Shown here piece by piece: positions 1 through 9,251 of a DNA stretch of 56,956 bases (within the stretch, counting starts at the first letter, position 1; the number at the start of each line of letters is the position of its first letter). The stretch covers positions 1 through 56,956 of the forward strand of contig CAYNDK010000001.1 of NCBI GenBank assembly GCA_964395965.1, read 5' to 3'. Source of the DNA: an uncultured Flavobacterium sp. GTDB taxonomy: Bacteria > Bacteroidota > Bacteroidia > Flavobacteriales > Flavobacteriaceae. The notes below the pieces were generated by a model. The model worked only from the letters and a program-made list of their open reading frames with translations. It searched no databases and was not told the origin of the DNA. The translations under genes and the position numbers were made by a program.

Positions 1-1
1 T

Positions 2-1237
2 CAAACTGGCCGCTTCAAAATTTACTTTTAAATTGTTCGAACTAGGAAGAATACTTCCACTTTTCACCAATTTTACTCCCGGTTTAATCGGGTCAAAAAT
101 TAATGTTTCAGAATAGGTTTCTTTGAGTTTAAAGCCGTCACTGCTTTCAATTCCGGCAAAAACTTCAACTAATTTATTGGCCGAAATCATTTTAGGCTCT
201 TCCTCTTCTTCATAATCGGAAACCTCGTCGGAAGTATTGATAACAGTAGCTGTTGAGTCAGCTGCCACTGCAACGGTATCAACCGCCACTTCCTCGGTGG
301 CTGCTACTTCATTTTGGGCTGTTTTTTGGGTGTTGGTTGTGGGTCCGACATTGTCGAAATAGACTTTGAGTACATTACCCATCGTACTAAATTTCAAGTT
401 GTCGGTGTTTTGTATGTTGACCAAACCGGCAAAGTTTTGGTCTTTTTTCAACGGATCCGAGAAATTGATAAGTATCGATTGGTTATTTTCATCCCCCGAT
501 GTAATATGCACCACTTTGAATTGGTTTTTTCCAGGAATTTTAATTTCCACAAAACCTTCTTGGTCTTCGACATCGGCTTCGTCACCATCCCATTTTAAGG
601 TGATCGTGCTTTCATCGTCAAAGCGTTGAATGCTATCAATAAGGAATTTGAATTCGGTAGGCGAACTCATTTCCTTGTCGATTTTTACTTTTAAGTCATT
701 ACCATTTTGGGTCGCCGAAAGGATTTTTTGTGCCAACGCAATATCCATTTCATCTGCGGTGCGAATCGTCCCGTATTGGTAATAATAGTTCTTGTTGTAC
801 GACTGTAAATCCTGGGTTTGAACAATAAAATCTTGCTTAATGGTTTTGAATGAAAAATTAAAAGCCTGTAGTTTTTCATCCGCTACAGTGGTTAATTTTT
901 CCAAATTCAAGGTTACTTGGTACAAGGTATTTTGTTCCAAAGGTTCATCCGGAATAAAGGCAATTGTGTTGGAAGATAACATTTTCACTTTCCCATCCAC
1001 ACTGGGTGAAATGGAAAATAAATCATCATCCAATTCTTGCTCGGGATTCCAATCCTTTTTTTGGAAGGCAAGTTGCACCCGAATGTCGGATTTTGCTGGA
1101 ATAAAACCAGAGGTAAAACCAGCAATGTACTCTTTAAAAAGAGTAGGGTCAGAGTCAAAATCGGCAGCCGATTTTTTGCCACAAGAGGCCAACGCCAAAA
1201 AGGCGATCAGCACATACAAGAACTTTTGGGTTTTCAT
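2..1237 (-). CDS. Alpha-2-macroglobulin (MG2) family lipoprotein, N-terminal part; runs off the window edge
   Basis: Not in the ORF track because the stop lies outside the window. ATG at 1237 reads MKTQKFLYVLIAFLALASCGKKSAADFDSDPTLFKEYIAGFTSG; lipobox LASC; N-terminus resembles Bacteroidota A2M proteins. Confidence 0.75.
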   Translation of the reverse strand, partial: MKTQKFLYVLIAFLALASCGKKSAADFDSDPTLFKEYIAGFTSGFIPAKSDIRVQLAFQKKDWNPEQELDDDLFSISPSVDGKVKMLSSNTIAFIPDEPLEQNTLYQVTLNLEKLTTVADEKLQAFNFSFKTIKQDFIVQTQDLQSYNKNYYYQYGTIRTADEMDIALAQKILSATQNGNDLKVKIDKEMSSPTEFKFLIDSIQRFDDESTITLKWDGDEADVEDQEGFVEIKIPGKNQFKVVHITSGDENNQSILINFSDPLKKDQNFAGLVNIQNTDNLKFSTMGNVLKVYFDNVGPTTNTQKTAQNEVAATEEVAVDTVAVAADSTATVINTSDEVSDYEEEEEPKMISANKLVEVFAGIESSDGFKLKETYSETLIFDPIKPGVKLVKSGSILPSSNNLKVNFEAASL

Positions 1238-1345
1238 AAAAGTTGGCGGTATAAAAGTGTTTAAGAATTTAGTGGTGGTTTGACTAATTGTATAAGAACG
1301 AGGGTATTAGTAGTGAGAAATGTACAAAGAATTAGGCATATACGG

Positions 1346-1786
1346 TTATCTTCTTTTTTTAAAAAAATCTTTCATCAATTGGGCACATTCATCGGCCATT
1401 ATTCCCGAAACAACTTCAGTTCTGGGATGCAATTGAGTGCCTAAAGTCATAAAACCGCGTTGTTCATCACGTGCACCAAACACAATTTTGGTAATCTGAC
1501 TCCAATACAAGGCGCCGGCGCACATTTGACAAGGCTCTAAGGTGACATACAACGTACAGCCTTTGAGGTATTTCCCTCCAATAAAATTGGCGGCTGCGGT
1601 GATGGCTTGCATTTCGGCATGTGCGGTAACATCGTTCAACATTTCGGTGAGATTATGACTTCGGGCAATGACCCGATTTTCTACTACAATAATCGCGCCA
1701 ACCGGAATTTCACCTTTTTCAAAAGCGATTTCAGCCTCCGCCAAGGCTTTTTTCATAAAGTATTCGTCGGTGAAAATGGGTTCCAT
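1346..1786 (-). CDS. tadA: tRNA adenosine(34) deaminase / nucleoside deaminase
   Basis: HAE and PCxxC zinc motifs (TAHAEM, LEPCQMC), GEIPVGA; start moved to MEPIFTDEY at 1786. Confidence 0.9.
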   Translation of the reverse strand: MEPIFTDEYFMKKALAEAEIAFEKGEIPVGAIIVVENRVIARSHNLTEMLNDVTAHAEMQAITAAANFIGGKYLKGCTLYVTLEPCQMCAGALYWSQITKIVFGARDEQRGFMTLGTQLHPRTEVVSGIMADECAQLMKDFFKKRR

Positions 1787-1790
1787 AAAA

Positions 1791-1798
1791 CAAAAATA
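1791..1798 (-). promoter_or_regulatory. Bacteroidota -7 promoter element for tadA
   Basis: TATTTTTG on the minus strand (TAnnTTTG consensus), 4 nt before the ATG. Confidence 0.6.
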
Positions 1799-1811
1799 GG
1801 AATTCAATTTG

Positions 1812-1819
1812 TACCTTTG
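1812..1819 (+). promoter_or_regulatory. Bacteroidota -7 promoter element for dxs
   Basis: TACCTTTG, 4 nt before the ATG at 1824. Confidence 0.65.
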
Positions 1820-1823
1820 ACTC

Positions 1824-3593
1824 ATGAGCCAACATTTACTCGCACAAATTCAATCTCCGTCCGATTTACGGCAACTCGATATCGCACAATTGGAGCAAGT
1901 TGCTCTGGAATTGCGGGATAAAATCATTAATGTGGTTGCGGTAAAAGAGGGCCATTTGGGAGCGAGTTTGGGCGTTGTCGAATTGACCATTGCCTTGCAT
2001 TACGTTTTCAATACACCGGATGATTTGTTGGTATGGGATGTCGGGCACCAAGCCTACGGCCATAAAATTTTGACGGGTCGCCGGGATCAATTTGAAACGA
2101 ATCGGCAAAAAGGGGGAATTTCGGGTTTTCCAAAACGGTCCGAAAGTGTTTATGATACCTTTGGTGTGGGTCATTCGTCCACATCGATTTCTGCCGCTTT
2201 GGGAATGGCGCTTGCTTCCCAACTGAAAGGCGAGCAACGGTCGCATATTGCAGTGATTGGCGATGCCTCGATTGCCAGCGGCATGGCCTTTGAAGGATTG
2301 AATCATGCAGGTGTCACCGATGCGGATATTTTGGTGATTTTGAATGATAATGCGATCGGAATTGACCCGAGTGTAGGGGCGCTGAAAACCTATTTGACGG
2401 CCGTGAAAGAAGGGAAAAATCCGAAGCAAAACAACATGATCAAGTCGTTGAACTTTGCGTATTCGGGTCCGATTGACGGTCATGATTTACCTCTTTTAAT
2501 CAAAGAATTGCAACGTTTGCAAAAGGTGAAAGGGCCAAAATTTTTACACGTCATCACCACCAAAGGCAAAGGCTTATTGCAAGCCGAACAAGATCAAGTC
2601 AAGTACCATGCACCGGGGAAATTTGATGCAGCGACGGGCGAACTCATTACCAAAGAAGAATCCCATTTGCCCACCAAATTTCAAGATGTTTTCGGACATA
2701 CCTTAGTTGAATTGGCACAACAAAATCCAAAAATAATCGGGATTACCCCAGCCATGCCATCAGGGAGTTCGATGAAATACATGATGGAAGCTTTTCCTGA
2801 ACGCGCTTTTGATGTGGGGATTGCTGAGCAGCATGCGGTGACCTTAGCTGCTGGAATGGCTACCCAAGGAATGGTGGTGTTTTGCAACATTTATTCGACC
2901 TTTTTACAAAGAGCCTATGACCAAGTAATTCATGATGTTGCTTTGCAGAAATTACCCGTGATTTTCTGTTTGGATCGTGCGGGATTGGTAGGCGAAGACG
3001 GCGCTACGCATCACGGAGTTTTTGATTTGGCCTATTTACGCTGTGTGCCCAATATGGAAATTGTTGCGCCTATGGATGAAGTAGAGTTGCGCCAACTGTT
3101 GTATACCGCTTCTTTAGGATTGGAAAATCCGATTGCAATTCGGTATCCACGCGGTCGAGGCGTTGGATTGGATTGGAAAATACCCTTTCAAAAAATAGAC
3201 TATAAAAAAGGAAAGGTACTGCATCTAGGTTCGGATATTGCGATAATTTCAACGGGTTTTATTGGAAATAATGTGCTTGCCGCTTTGGCTGATTTTGATT
3301 TAAATGAAAAGGTGAGTTTGTATCATTTTGGATGTGTGAAGCCGCTAGATGAAGCACTTTTGCATACTATTTGTAAGCAGCATCGGGTTGTAATCACTTT
3401 AGAAGACGCAACGATTGAAGGCGGATTGGGCAGTGCTGTCGCCGAATTTGTCACCACGCACGCTTATCAACTTCCTGTCCACCGATTGGGGATTCCGGAT
3501 CAATTTATTGAGCACGGAACGGTTGGTGAGTTACAAAAAGACTGTGGTATCGATGTTGCAGGATTACGACGTTTATTGAATAGCTTACTTTAA
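1824..3593 (+). CDS. dxs: 1-deoxy-D-xylulose-5-phosphate synthase
   Basis: GHLGASLG, WDVGHQAYGHKILTGRR, GD...LNDN TPP motif, DRAGLVGEDGATHHG. Confidence 0.97.
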   Translation: MSQHLLAQIQSPSDLRQLDIAQLEQVALELRDKIINVVAVKEGHLGASLGVVELTIALHYVFNTPDDLLVWDVGHQAYGHKILTGRRDQFETNRQKGGISGFPKRSESVYDTFGVGHSSTSISAALGMALASQLKGEQRSHIAVIGDASIASGMAFEGLNHAGVTDADILVILNDNAIGIDPSVGALKTYLTAVKEGKNPKQNNMIKSLNFAYSGPIDGHDLPLLIKELQRLQKVKGPKFLHVITTKGKGLLQAEQDQVKYHAPGKFDAATGELITKEESHLPTKFQDVFGHTLVELAQQNPKIIGITPAMPSGSSMKYMMEAFPERAFDVGIAEQHAVTLAAGMATQGMVVFCNIYSTFLQRAYDQVIHDVALQKLPVIFCLDRAGLVGEDGATHHGVFDLAYLRCVPNMEIVAPMDEVELRQLLYTASLGLENPIAIRYPRGRGVGLDWKIPFQKIDYKKGKVLHLGSDIAIISTGFIGNNVLAALADFDLNEKVSLYHFGCVKPLDEALLHTICKQHRVVITLEDATIEGGLGSAVAEFVTTHAYQLPVHRLGIPDQFIEHGTVGELQKDCGIDVAGLRRLLNSLL

Positions 3594-3618
3594 CCCTTTA
3601 TGTAAAACTAATTTCTTT

Positions 3619-4506
3619 TCAATTTGTAATTATTTTGAGTCCGAAAGAAGCATTGGGTAAATTCTTGTAGTTATCATATTCTTCCATTTTCTTTTTAAAT
3701 TTTTCCATAGAAACCCAAGAATAAAAAGAAAATCGATTTCTTTCAAATGTATTTTTTGCATTGGAAGAATCATTTAATTCAATGGAACCATTGCCTACTA
3801 AGGTATTTTCAAAAGTATTATTTTCTTCATCCAGTTTTCCTAACCATTCAATGCCAAGAAAGGCTCCGTTGGCAGGTAATTCCAAATCATACGCCCGAAC
3901 ATTGAACTCGATTTTTTCTTTTTTTGATTCCTCGGAAATAATGACAATGTCTTGCGTGATTAATTCACGTTTTGGTTCGCCAGTTAAGGAATCCCGTTCA
4001 TAAAGATGTATTTTAAATCCTACTTTTGCTTTTGAATGGTTTCTTATTTTAAAAAGTACCGATTGAATGGTTTTTGGCTCATGGTAAGGATTCTCAATGT
4101 AAGTACAAATCTCCATTCCCGTAGCTGCCCCCAATAATGATTTCAGTTTTGTATTGTAATTCCCTAGTAATGCCGTTTCTTTTTTTGCCTTTGGGTCAAT
4201 AACTACTTCATTTAAATGATACACTACTGGTTTTAGCAGTAATGTATCATTTTTAATTGAATTTTGTACAAGCTCTAAATTTTCATATCCTATGCAGGAA
4301 AGTACTATTTTAGAAAACTCCTTTTTGATACTAATGCTGCCTTTTTCATTGCTGTAGCCTCCACCAATTATTGCACCATCTTTATACAAACTATACGATA
4401 CAAAAGGGACAGGTAGTTTTGTGCTGTCATTAACAACTACATATTGTTGTGAAAAGGAAATACATCCGACAAGTAATGAGATTGTGATCAAAAATTTTCG
4501 AACCAT
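3619..4506 (-). CDS. Exported protein with N-terminal carboxypeptidase-regulatory-like domain
   Basis: Signal peptide; DSTKLPVPFV...SNEKG...SCIGYE...LNEVVI pattern typical of CarboxypepD_reg-like domains. Confidence 0.65.
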   Translation of the reverse strand: MVRKFLITISLLVGCISFSQQYVVVNDSTKLPVPFVSYSLYKDGAIIGGGYSNEKGSISIKKEFSKIVLSCIGYENLELVQNSIKNDTLLLKPVVYHLNEVVIDPKAKKETALLGNYNTKLKSLLGAATGMEICTYIENPYHEPKTIQSVLFKIRNHSKAKVGFKIHLYERDSLTGEPKRELITQDIVIISEESKKEKIEFNVRAYDLELPANGAFLGIEWLGKLDEENNTFENTLVGNGSIELNDSSNAKNTFERNRFSFYSWVSMEKFKKKMEEYDNYKNLPNASFGLKIITN

Positions 4507-4641
4507 AAATACATTTTTGGCGATTAGGTTTTAATTACTTTAATAAAAGTAAGTGTTTGTGGATGAAGTATGCATTGTGGTTACCATATGTTTAACATAA
4601 TCTCACTAAAAATGAAGTATGATTTTTATTGAATTTGACAT

Positions 4642-4674
4642 AAAAAAAAACGAACCCTTTTGAGGTCCGTTTTT
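4642..4674 (-). terminator. Intrinsic terminator after M36 peptidase
   Basis: Minus-strand stem AAAACGGACC/GGTTCGTTTT followed by a T-run. Confidence 0.7.
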
Positions 4675-4677
4675 AAT

Positions 4678-7278
4678 TTAGTTTTTGATAATTTTTTCGG
4701 TAATCATTAAATTTTCTCCGGTTGCTTGTAGGATATACAAACCGCTTTCCAAGGATTGCATCGGAATGAGTATGTCGTTATTATCCAAGGCTTTTGTGTT
4801 TTGATATACGATACGGCCATTTATGTCCAATACCCGAACACTGATTGTAGACGTGTAATTTGGAATTTGTAAATGCACTTCATTTTGTGTGGGATTCGGG
4901 AACACATGATAGGTTAGGGTATTGGCAAATGCCGATGTTCCTAAAGCAGTACAGTTAGGCCCTGGCGCCGGTTGGGTGAAATCTTCCACTTGATCAGTTG
5001 AATCGTTTCGGTTACCCGAACTTGCATTAAGTCCTAATCCTCTGCGGGCAAAAACTTCCCAAATTAAACAATAATCAGCACCCCCTGTAGTTGCTTGGTC
5101 GGCGGCTAGAATGGCATCTCTACCATCCACAAAACTCGGGGAACAAGGCTGAAGTTTCAAAGCATCCACAACCAATTGAAGGACTTTGTTATTACCTCCT
5201 GTACCTGAAAACAAATTGGGATCAAACCCATATTTTTGAATATATGCCCATGTTAAGTCCCACAACATTGTTGCCCATACAGAACCTACACCATGAGGAC
5301 GCGCGAGGGTGTTGGTACTTGAAAATGTAAAAGGATTTACAGACATATCTGTACAATAGGGATAGGTTCGAATTCCATCGCCATCGGTAGGGTCGTTAAT
5401 TACAAAAGTACCAATACCACGACGTTCAGTTCCGGTATCGCTGGGTCGAATTTGAAGCATTAGTCCGAACCAATCCGACCAACCTTCTCCCATTTGTTCT
5501 TGATTGAATAAACAGTTAGCATTAGCTGGACCTCCTGTTAATCGATTGGAAATACCATGGCCATATTCATGAGCAATTACAATATTATCAAAATCACCAT
5601 CAACATTTATAAAATCTGTTGGGGATTCACTTAAAGTAATATAGATTGGTTCATTTTGAAGAACAGAAGCCCAAATGTCACCGATATCTTTTTTGATAGC
5701 AATGGCAGGGATTGTAATTGAAGGGTCGCCATTTCCTGCTATGACAAAGTTTCCAGGCACATTGCTGTAAATGATAACTCCACTTGCACCGGCGTTTTGA
5801 CAATTTAAAATTTTATCGGTTACAGGACATATTCCACGTTGAACCAATGCAATTTTGCCATTAATAGCAGCTGCATTACTTAAAGCTTCACAAGCAAACG
5901 TTGGATTTGAAGTGCCGTCATTAACCAAAACCAATTCTGAGGTTAATGAATTAGGCGTTTGTGGAAGTGCTATATGACCTTCCGCTAGTATATTGTCAAA
6001 GGCAATGTAGTTTCCTGCGAGTGATGAAGGCGAATTGATAGTGATTAGTTCAGATCCTCCTTTTCGGTTCCAAAGATACATCTGCATCCGCCCATTTGAC
6101 CCATCAGGAGGTGTTCCAAAGTTAGCATTGTTAATTCCCCCGCCATCTTGTGATTGGGCTAATACATGATCATTTCCTTCCCCAAAATTACTGTAGTTGG
6201 TTTCTTGAAAATTTCCATTTTCTTCATCAAATCCATAGTGGTAAAAAATGTCATGAAGCATGTTGTTCATGTAGAATAGGTTGGTGGTAGCAGCCTCTTG
6301 ATACGCAACAGCAGGTGTTGTAATCCCCAAATAAGGAAAATCAAAAAGTAGTCCTGAACCTCCATCGGGACTTAATCCAGAAAAGGGATCGTCCAAATCA
6401 TTACTGTCTTCAAAAGCATGAACATTATTGCCTCGTGTGATTGTAAATTCTGCTCCTGGAATGCCGTTGGTATCATGCCAGCCATACGGAGAGGCTTCGG
6501 GACTTGAGGGATTTGTGATGAGCTGGAATGGACCGTGATTCGGACTTTCTGTTGTAAAAGGAATGACTCTATAGGTCCCAGAATTTGTGGGTGTCTGGAA
6601 ATTTGTGGGTTGGAAAACTGAAGTCCAAAAATCGATTTTTTTATGAATACTTTCTGTAGTTGTTTTTTCAAAATTACAAGATAACATGAAATCGTTTTGT
6701 GCTAAGACTTCACCCGATCTGGCATCCAGTTGAATACTCCACATGTGATTTTCTTTTGGTATATCAATATACATGTCCCAAGCCAAGTGCAGTTTTCCTG
6801 AAGGAGTTACAACATAGGTTAGTTGCACTTTAATTGGATCTCCTTTAAGGGCATTTGCAAATATAAAGTTGTTCTTACTTTCAGCTTTTAAGAGTTGAGG
6901 TTGTAGTTCTAATTTTAGATGTGTAAAAACACGCTGCAAACCTTCAGATGCAGTGATAGCAGGTATAGCACTATTAGATAATTGCGCACAGTGTGCAACA
7001 AACCGATTTTGAACGGAAAGTACTTCGTTGTTTTTTATCCAAATGCTGGAAATTGCATTAAATATGGGAATATTTTTATAGTACTGTTGGATATAAACGG
7101 TAGTGATTTTTGTTGTTTTGGAGGATGTTTTACCTGTTATTTTCCAATGTGCTATATCCTCAGCATCAAGTTTGAGTTCGCTAAGTTGTTGTGTCAACGC
7201 CGACTGTATTTTCTTTTCAAGAGATTGTGCAAAAAGACAATTCTGAAAAAGAAGGAAAACAAAAAGTAACTTTTTCAT
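4678..7278 (-). CDS. T9SS-secreted M36 (fungalysin) metallopeptidase with FTP/PepSY propeptide, inserted PA domain and C-terminal sorting domain
   Basis: AHEYGHGISNRLTGG and GEGWSD motifs; PA-like GKIALVQRGIC; C-terminus VFPNP...SGLYIL...KIIKN. Confidence 0.9.
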   Translation of the reverse strand: MKKLLFVFLLFQNCLFAQSLEKKIQSALTQQLSELKLDAEDIAHWKITGKTSSKTTKITTVYIQQYYKNIPIFNAISSIWIKNNEVLSVQNRFVAHCAQLSNSAIPAITASEGLQRVFTHLKLELQPQLLKAESKNNFIFANALKGDPIKVQLTYVVTPSGKLHLAWDMYIDIPKENHMWSIQLDARSGEVLAQNDFMLSCNFEKTTTESIHKKIDFWTSVFQPTNFQTPTNSGTYRVIPFTTESPNHGPFQLITNPSSPEASPYGWHDTNGIPGAEFTITRGNNVHAFEDSNDLDDPFSGLSPDGGSGLLFDFPYLGITTPAVAYQEAATTNLFYMNNMLHDIFYHYGFDEENGNFQETNYSNFGEGNDHVLAQSQDGGGINNANFGTPPDGSNGRMQMYLWNRKGGSELITINSPSSLAGNYIAFDNILAEGHIALPQTPNSLTSELVLVNDGTSNPTFACEALSNAAAINGKIALVQRGICPVTDKILNCQNAGASGVIIYSNVPGNFVIAGNGDPSITIPAIAIKKDIGDIWASVLQNEPIYITLSESPTDFINVDGDFDNIVIAHEYGHGISNRLTGGPANANCLFNQEQMGEGWSDWFGLMLQIRPSDTGTERRGIGTFVINDPTDGDGIRTYPYCTDMSVNPFTFSSTNTLARPHGVGSVWATMLWDLTWAYIQKYGFDPNLFSGTGGNNKVLQLVVDALKLQPCSPSFVDGRDAILAADQATTGGADYCLIWEVFARRGLGLNASSGNRNDSTDQVEDFTQPAPGPNCTALGTSAFANTLTYHVFPNPTQNEVHLQIPNYTSTISVRVLDINGRIVYQNTKALDNNDILIPMQSLESGLYILQATGENLMITEKIIKN

Positions 7279-7353
7279 TGCAAGGTGTTTAGGTTACAAA
7301 CGTAAAACAAAAGCGGATTACTTTATGAATACAATTAAAAATTAACAGCTGTT

Positions 7354-8691
7354 TTAGGCGCCCAACATTTCATGGTAAAGTACCGCATTTCCATCTGTTA
7401 AAAGCGAAACAAAATGGCAGATGTGCATTAATCGGTCATACAAACTATCTTTCTCCAAACGATGTTTTTCGGGTAATACTTTTAATAGTAATTGATCGTA
7501 ATTGGAGGTTTTTCCTTCAAATTGATTATTGTACGCCATAATGAATTTGTCTAAAAGCGAATTGATAATTTGGTAGCCTTTCAATTCTTTTTCAATTACT
7601 TCCCGACTCTGATAAATGTTTTTGACACTCAATTTAATGATGTCATTCATTTGGGCTTTGTATTTGCTTTTGTCGGTTAAGGCATGATGGAATTCGCCTT
7701 TTAAAATGGCTTCTTCATTTTCTAAAAACACTTTTACCGCATCATTGATGAGGTTGCCAATCGCCAAAGCACGTAAATAACTAATGCGATCCTCTTTGGT
7801 AGTTAAGGCTTGGTATTTATTGGCGTCTATGGTGTCTTTGACCAATTTGATTAAATATTCTAAGGCAAAATCTTCTGAAACTAAGCCCAAATTAATGCCG
7901 TCTTCAAAATCGATGATAGTATAACAAATATCGTCAGCGGCTTCAACTAAAAAGGCGAGGGGATGACGTAAATAACGTAAGTCGTCACCCGAGTTGATTT
8001 TGATCATACCTAATTCTTCCGCCACTTCTTGGAAAAAGGCTTTGTCGGTTTGGAAAAAACCAAATTTTTTATCGGAAATATTGGTTGAAGGTTTTTTGGG
8101 CAAACTTTCTTTCGGGTATTTCATAAAAGCGCCTAAGGTAGCATAGGACAAACGCAAGCTGCCTTCAATGCCGGGACGCGAACTCGTCAATACAGAAAAT
8201 CCGTTGGCATTGCCTTCAAAATCAACCAAGTCTTGCCACTGTTTCGGACTCAATTGCTCTTTGAATTGTTGTCCGTTGCCGCGGGAAAAATATTCGCCTA
8301 TGGCTTTTTCACCCGAATGACCAAACGGTGGATTCCCAATGTCGTGTGCCAACGATGCGGCTGCCACAATTGCTCCAAAATCATTGGGTTGATAGCCGTG
8401 AATTTCCTTCAAATGCGGGTATTTTTCAATGATTTTTTTTCCCACCAAACGACCAATCGACCGGCCTACTACAGAAACTTCCAAACTGTGCGTCAAGCGC
8501 GTATGCACAAAATCGGTTTTGGACAGCGGAATCACTTGGGTTTTGTCTTGTAAACTGCGAAAAGGCGCCGAGAAAATAATACGGTCGTAATCGACTTCAA
8601 ATCCCAAACGGGTGTCGTCTTGTTCGATGCGTAAGCGTTTTCCGGTGTCGCCTTGACGTTTCAAGGAGAGTAATTGTTCCCATGTCATCAT
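7354..8691 (-). CDS. dgt: Deoxyguanosinetriphosphate triphosphohydrolase (dGTPase, HD family)
   Basis: FRSLQDKTQV, HTRLTHSLEV, AHDIGNPPFGHSGE, EAADDICY. Confidence 0.95.
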   Translation of the reverse strand: MMTWEQLLSLKRQGDTGKRLRIEQDDTRLGFEVDYDRIIFSAPFRSLQDKTQVIPLSKTDFVHTRLTHSLEVSVVGRSIGRLVGKKIIEKYPHLKEIHGYQPNDFGAIVAAASLAHDIGNPPFGHSGEKAIGEYFSRGNGQQFKEQLSPKQWQDLVDFEGNANGFSVLTSSRPGIEGSLRLSYATLGAFMKYPKESLPKKPSTNISDKKFGFFQTDKAFFQEVAEELGMIKINSGDDLRYLRHPLAFLVEAADDICYTIIDFEDGINLGLVSEDFALEYLIKLVKDTIDANKYQALTTKEDRISYLRALAIGNLINDAVKVFLENEEAILKGEFHHALTDKSKYKAQMNDIIKLSVKNIYQSREVIEKELKGYQIINSLLDKFIMAYNNQFEGKTSNYDQLLLKVLPEKHRLEKDSLYDRLMHICHFVSLLTDGNAVLYHEMLGA

Positions 8692-8716
8692 GTGGTAGTG
8701 CTTTTTACAAATGTAC

Positions 8717-9169
8717 TTATTTTAATGACTTTTGAAAACATAAACTGTTGTCAACGCCCGCATATTGCCCGTAATTTTCTATACGTTCATAGCCCGTTTT
8801 ATGGTACAACTGAATCGCTTCTATTTGTTGATGACCCGTTTCTAAAATAGCAGATGTAAATCCGTCTTCCAATGCCCAACGTTCTAATTCTTGTAAAATC
8901 GCTTTGGCAATGCCTTTGCCGCGAAATTCAGGATCCACATACATGCGTTTGATTTCGGCTGTAGTTTCATCATAGGCTTTGTACGCGCCTATACCCACAG
9001 GTTGCTCGTTACAATAGGCAACGAGGGTGTTTTTCAATAAAGTCGACCGATTAAACTGCGCATAAAAGGCATGGTCTTCACCGTCTAAAATAGCGAGATA
9101 GGTATTAAGCGGTTTAACCAACAATTCAAAATCGGGATGCTCGGAATGGGTGCGGAGTAAGTGTAACAT
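8717..9169 (-). CDS. GNAT family N-acetyltransferase
   Basis: AEIKRMYVDPEFRGKGIA acetyl-CoA motif A. Confidence 0.9.
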   Translation of the reverse strand: MLHLLRTHSEHPDFELLVKPLNTYLAILDGEDHAFYAQFNRSTLLKNTLVAYCNEQPVGIGAYKAYDETTAEIKRMYVDPEFRGKGIAKAILQELERWALEDGFTSAILETGHQQIEAIQLYHKTGYERIENYGQYAGVDNSLCFQKSLK

Positions 9170-9216
9170 AGTATTGGTAAAAAAGAACAGCCATCATTAC
9201 TGACAGCTGTTGTTAT

Positions 9217-9248
9217 AATTCTAAATTTTAAATTCTAAATTCTAAATT
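9217..9248. repeat. Heptamer tandem repeat (AATTCTA) x ~4.5
   Basis: aattcta aatttta aattcta aattcta aatt immediately after the nrdA stop. Confidence 0.75.
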
Positions 9249-9251
9249 GGA

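Noticed and set aside
314-1283. Several short ORFs listed at the window start
   Set aside because: All overlap the long minus-strand alpha-2-macroglobulin frame that the track missed because it is truncated.
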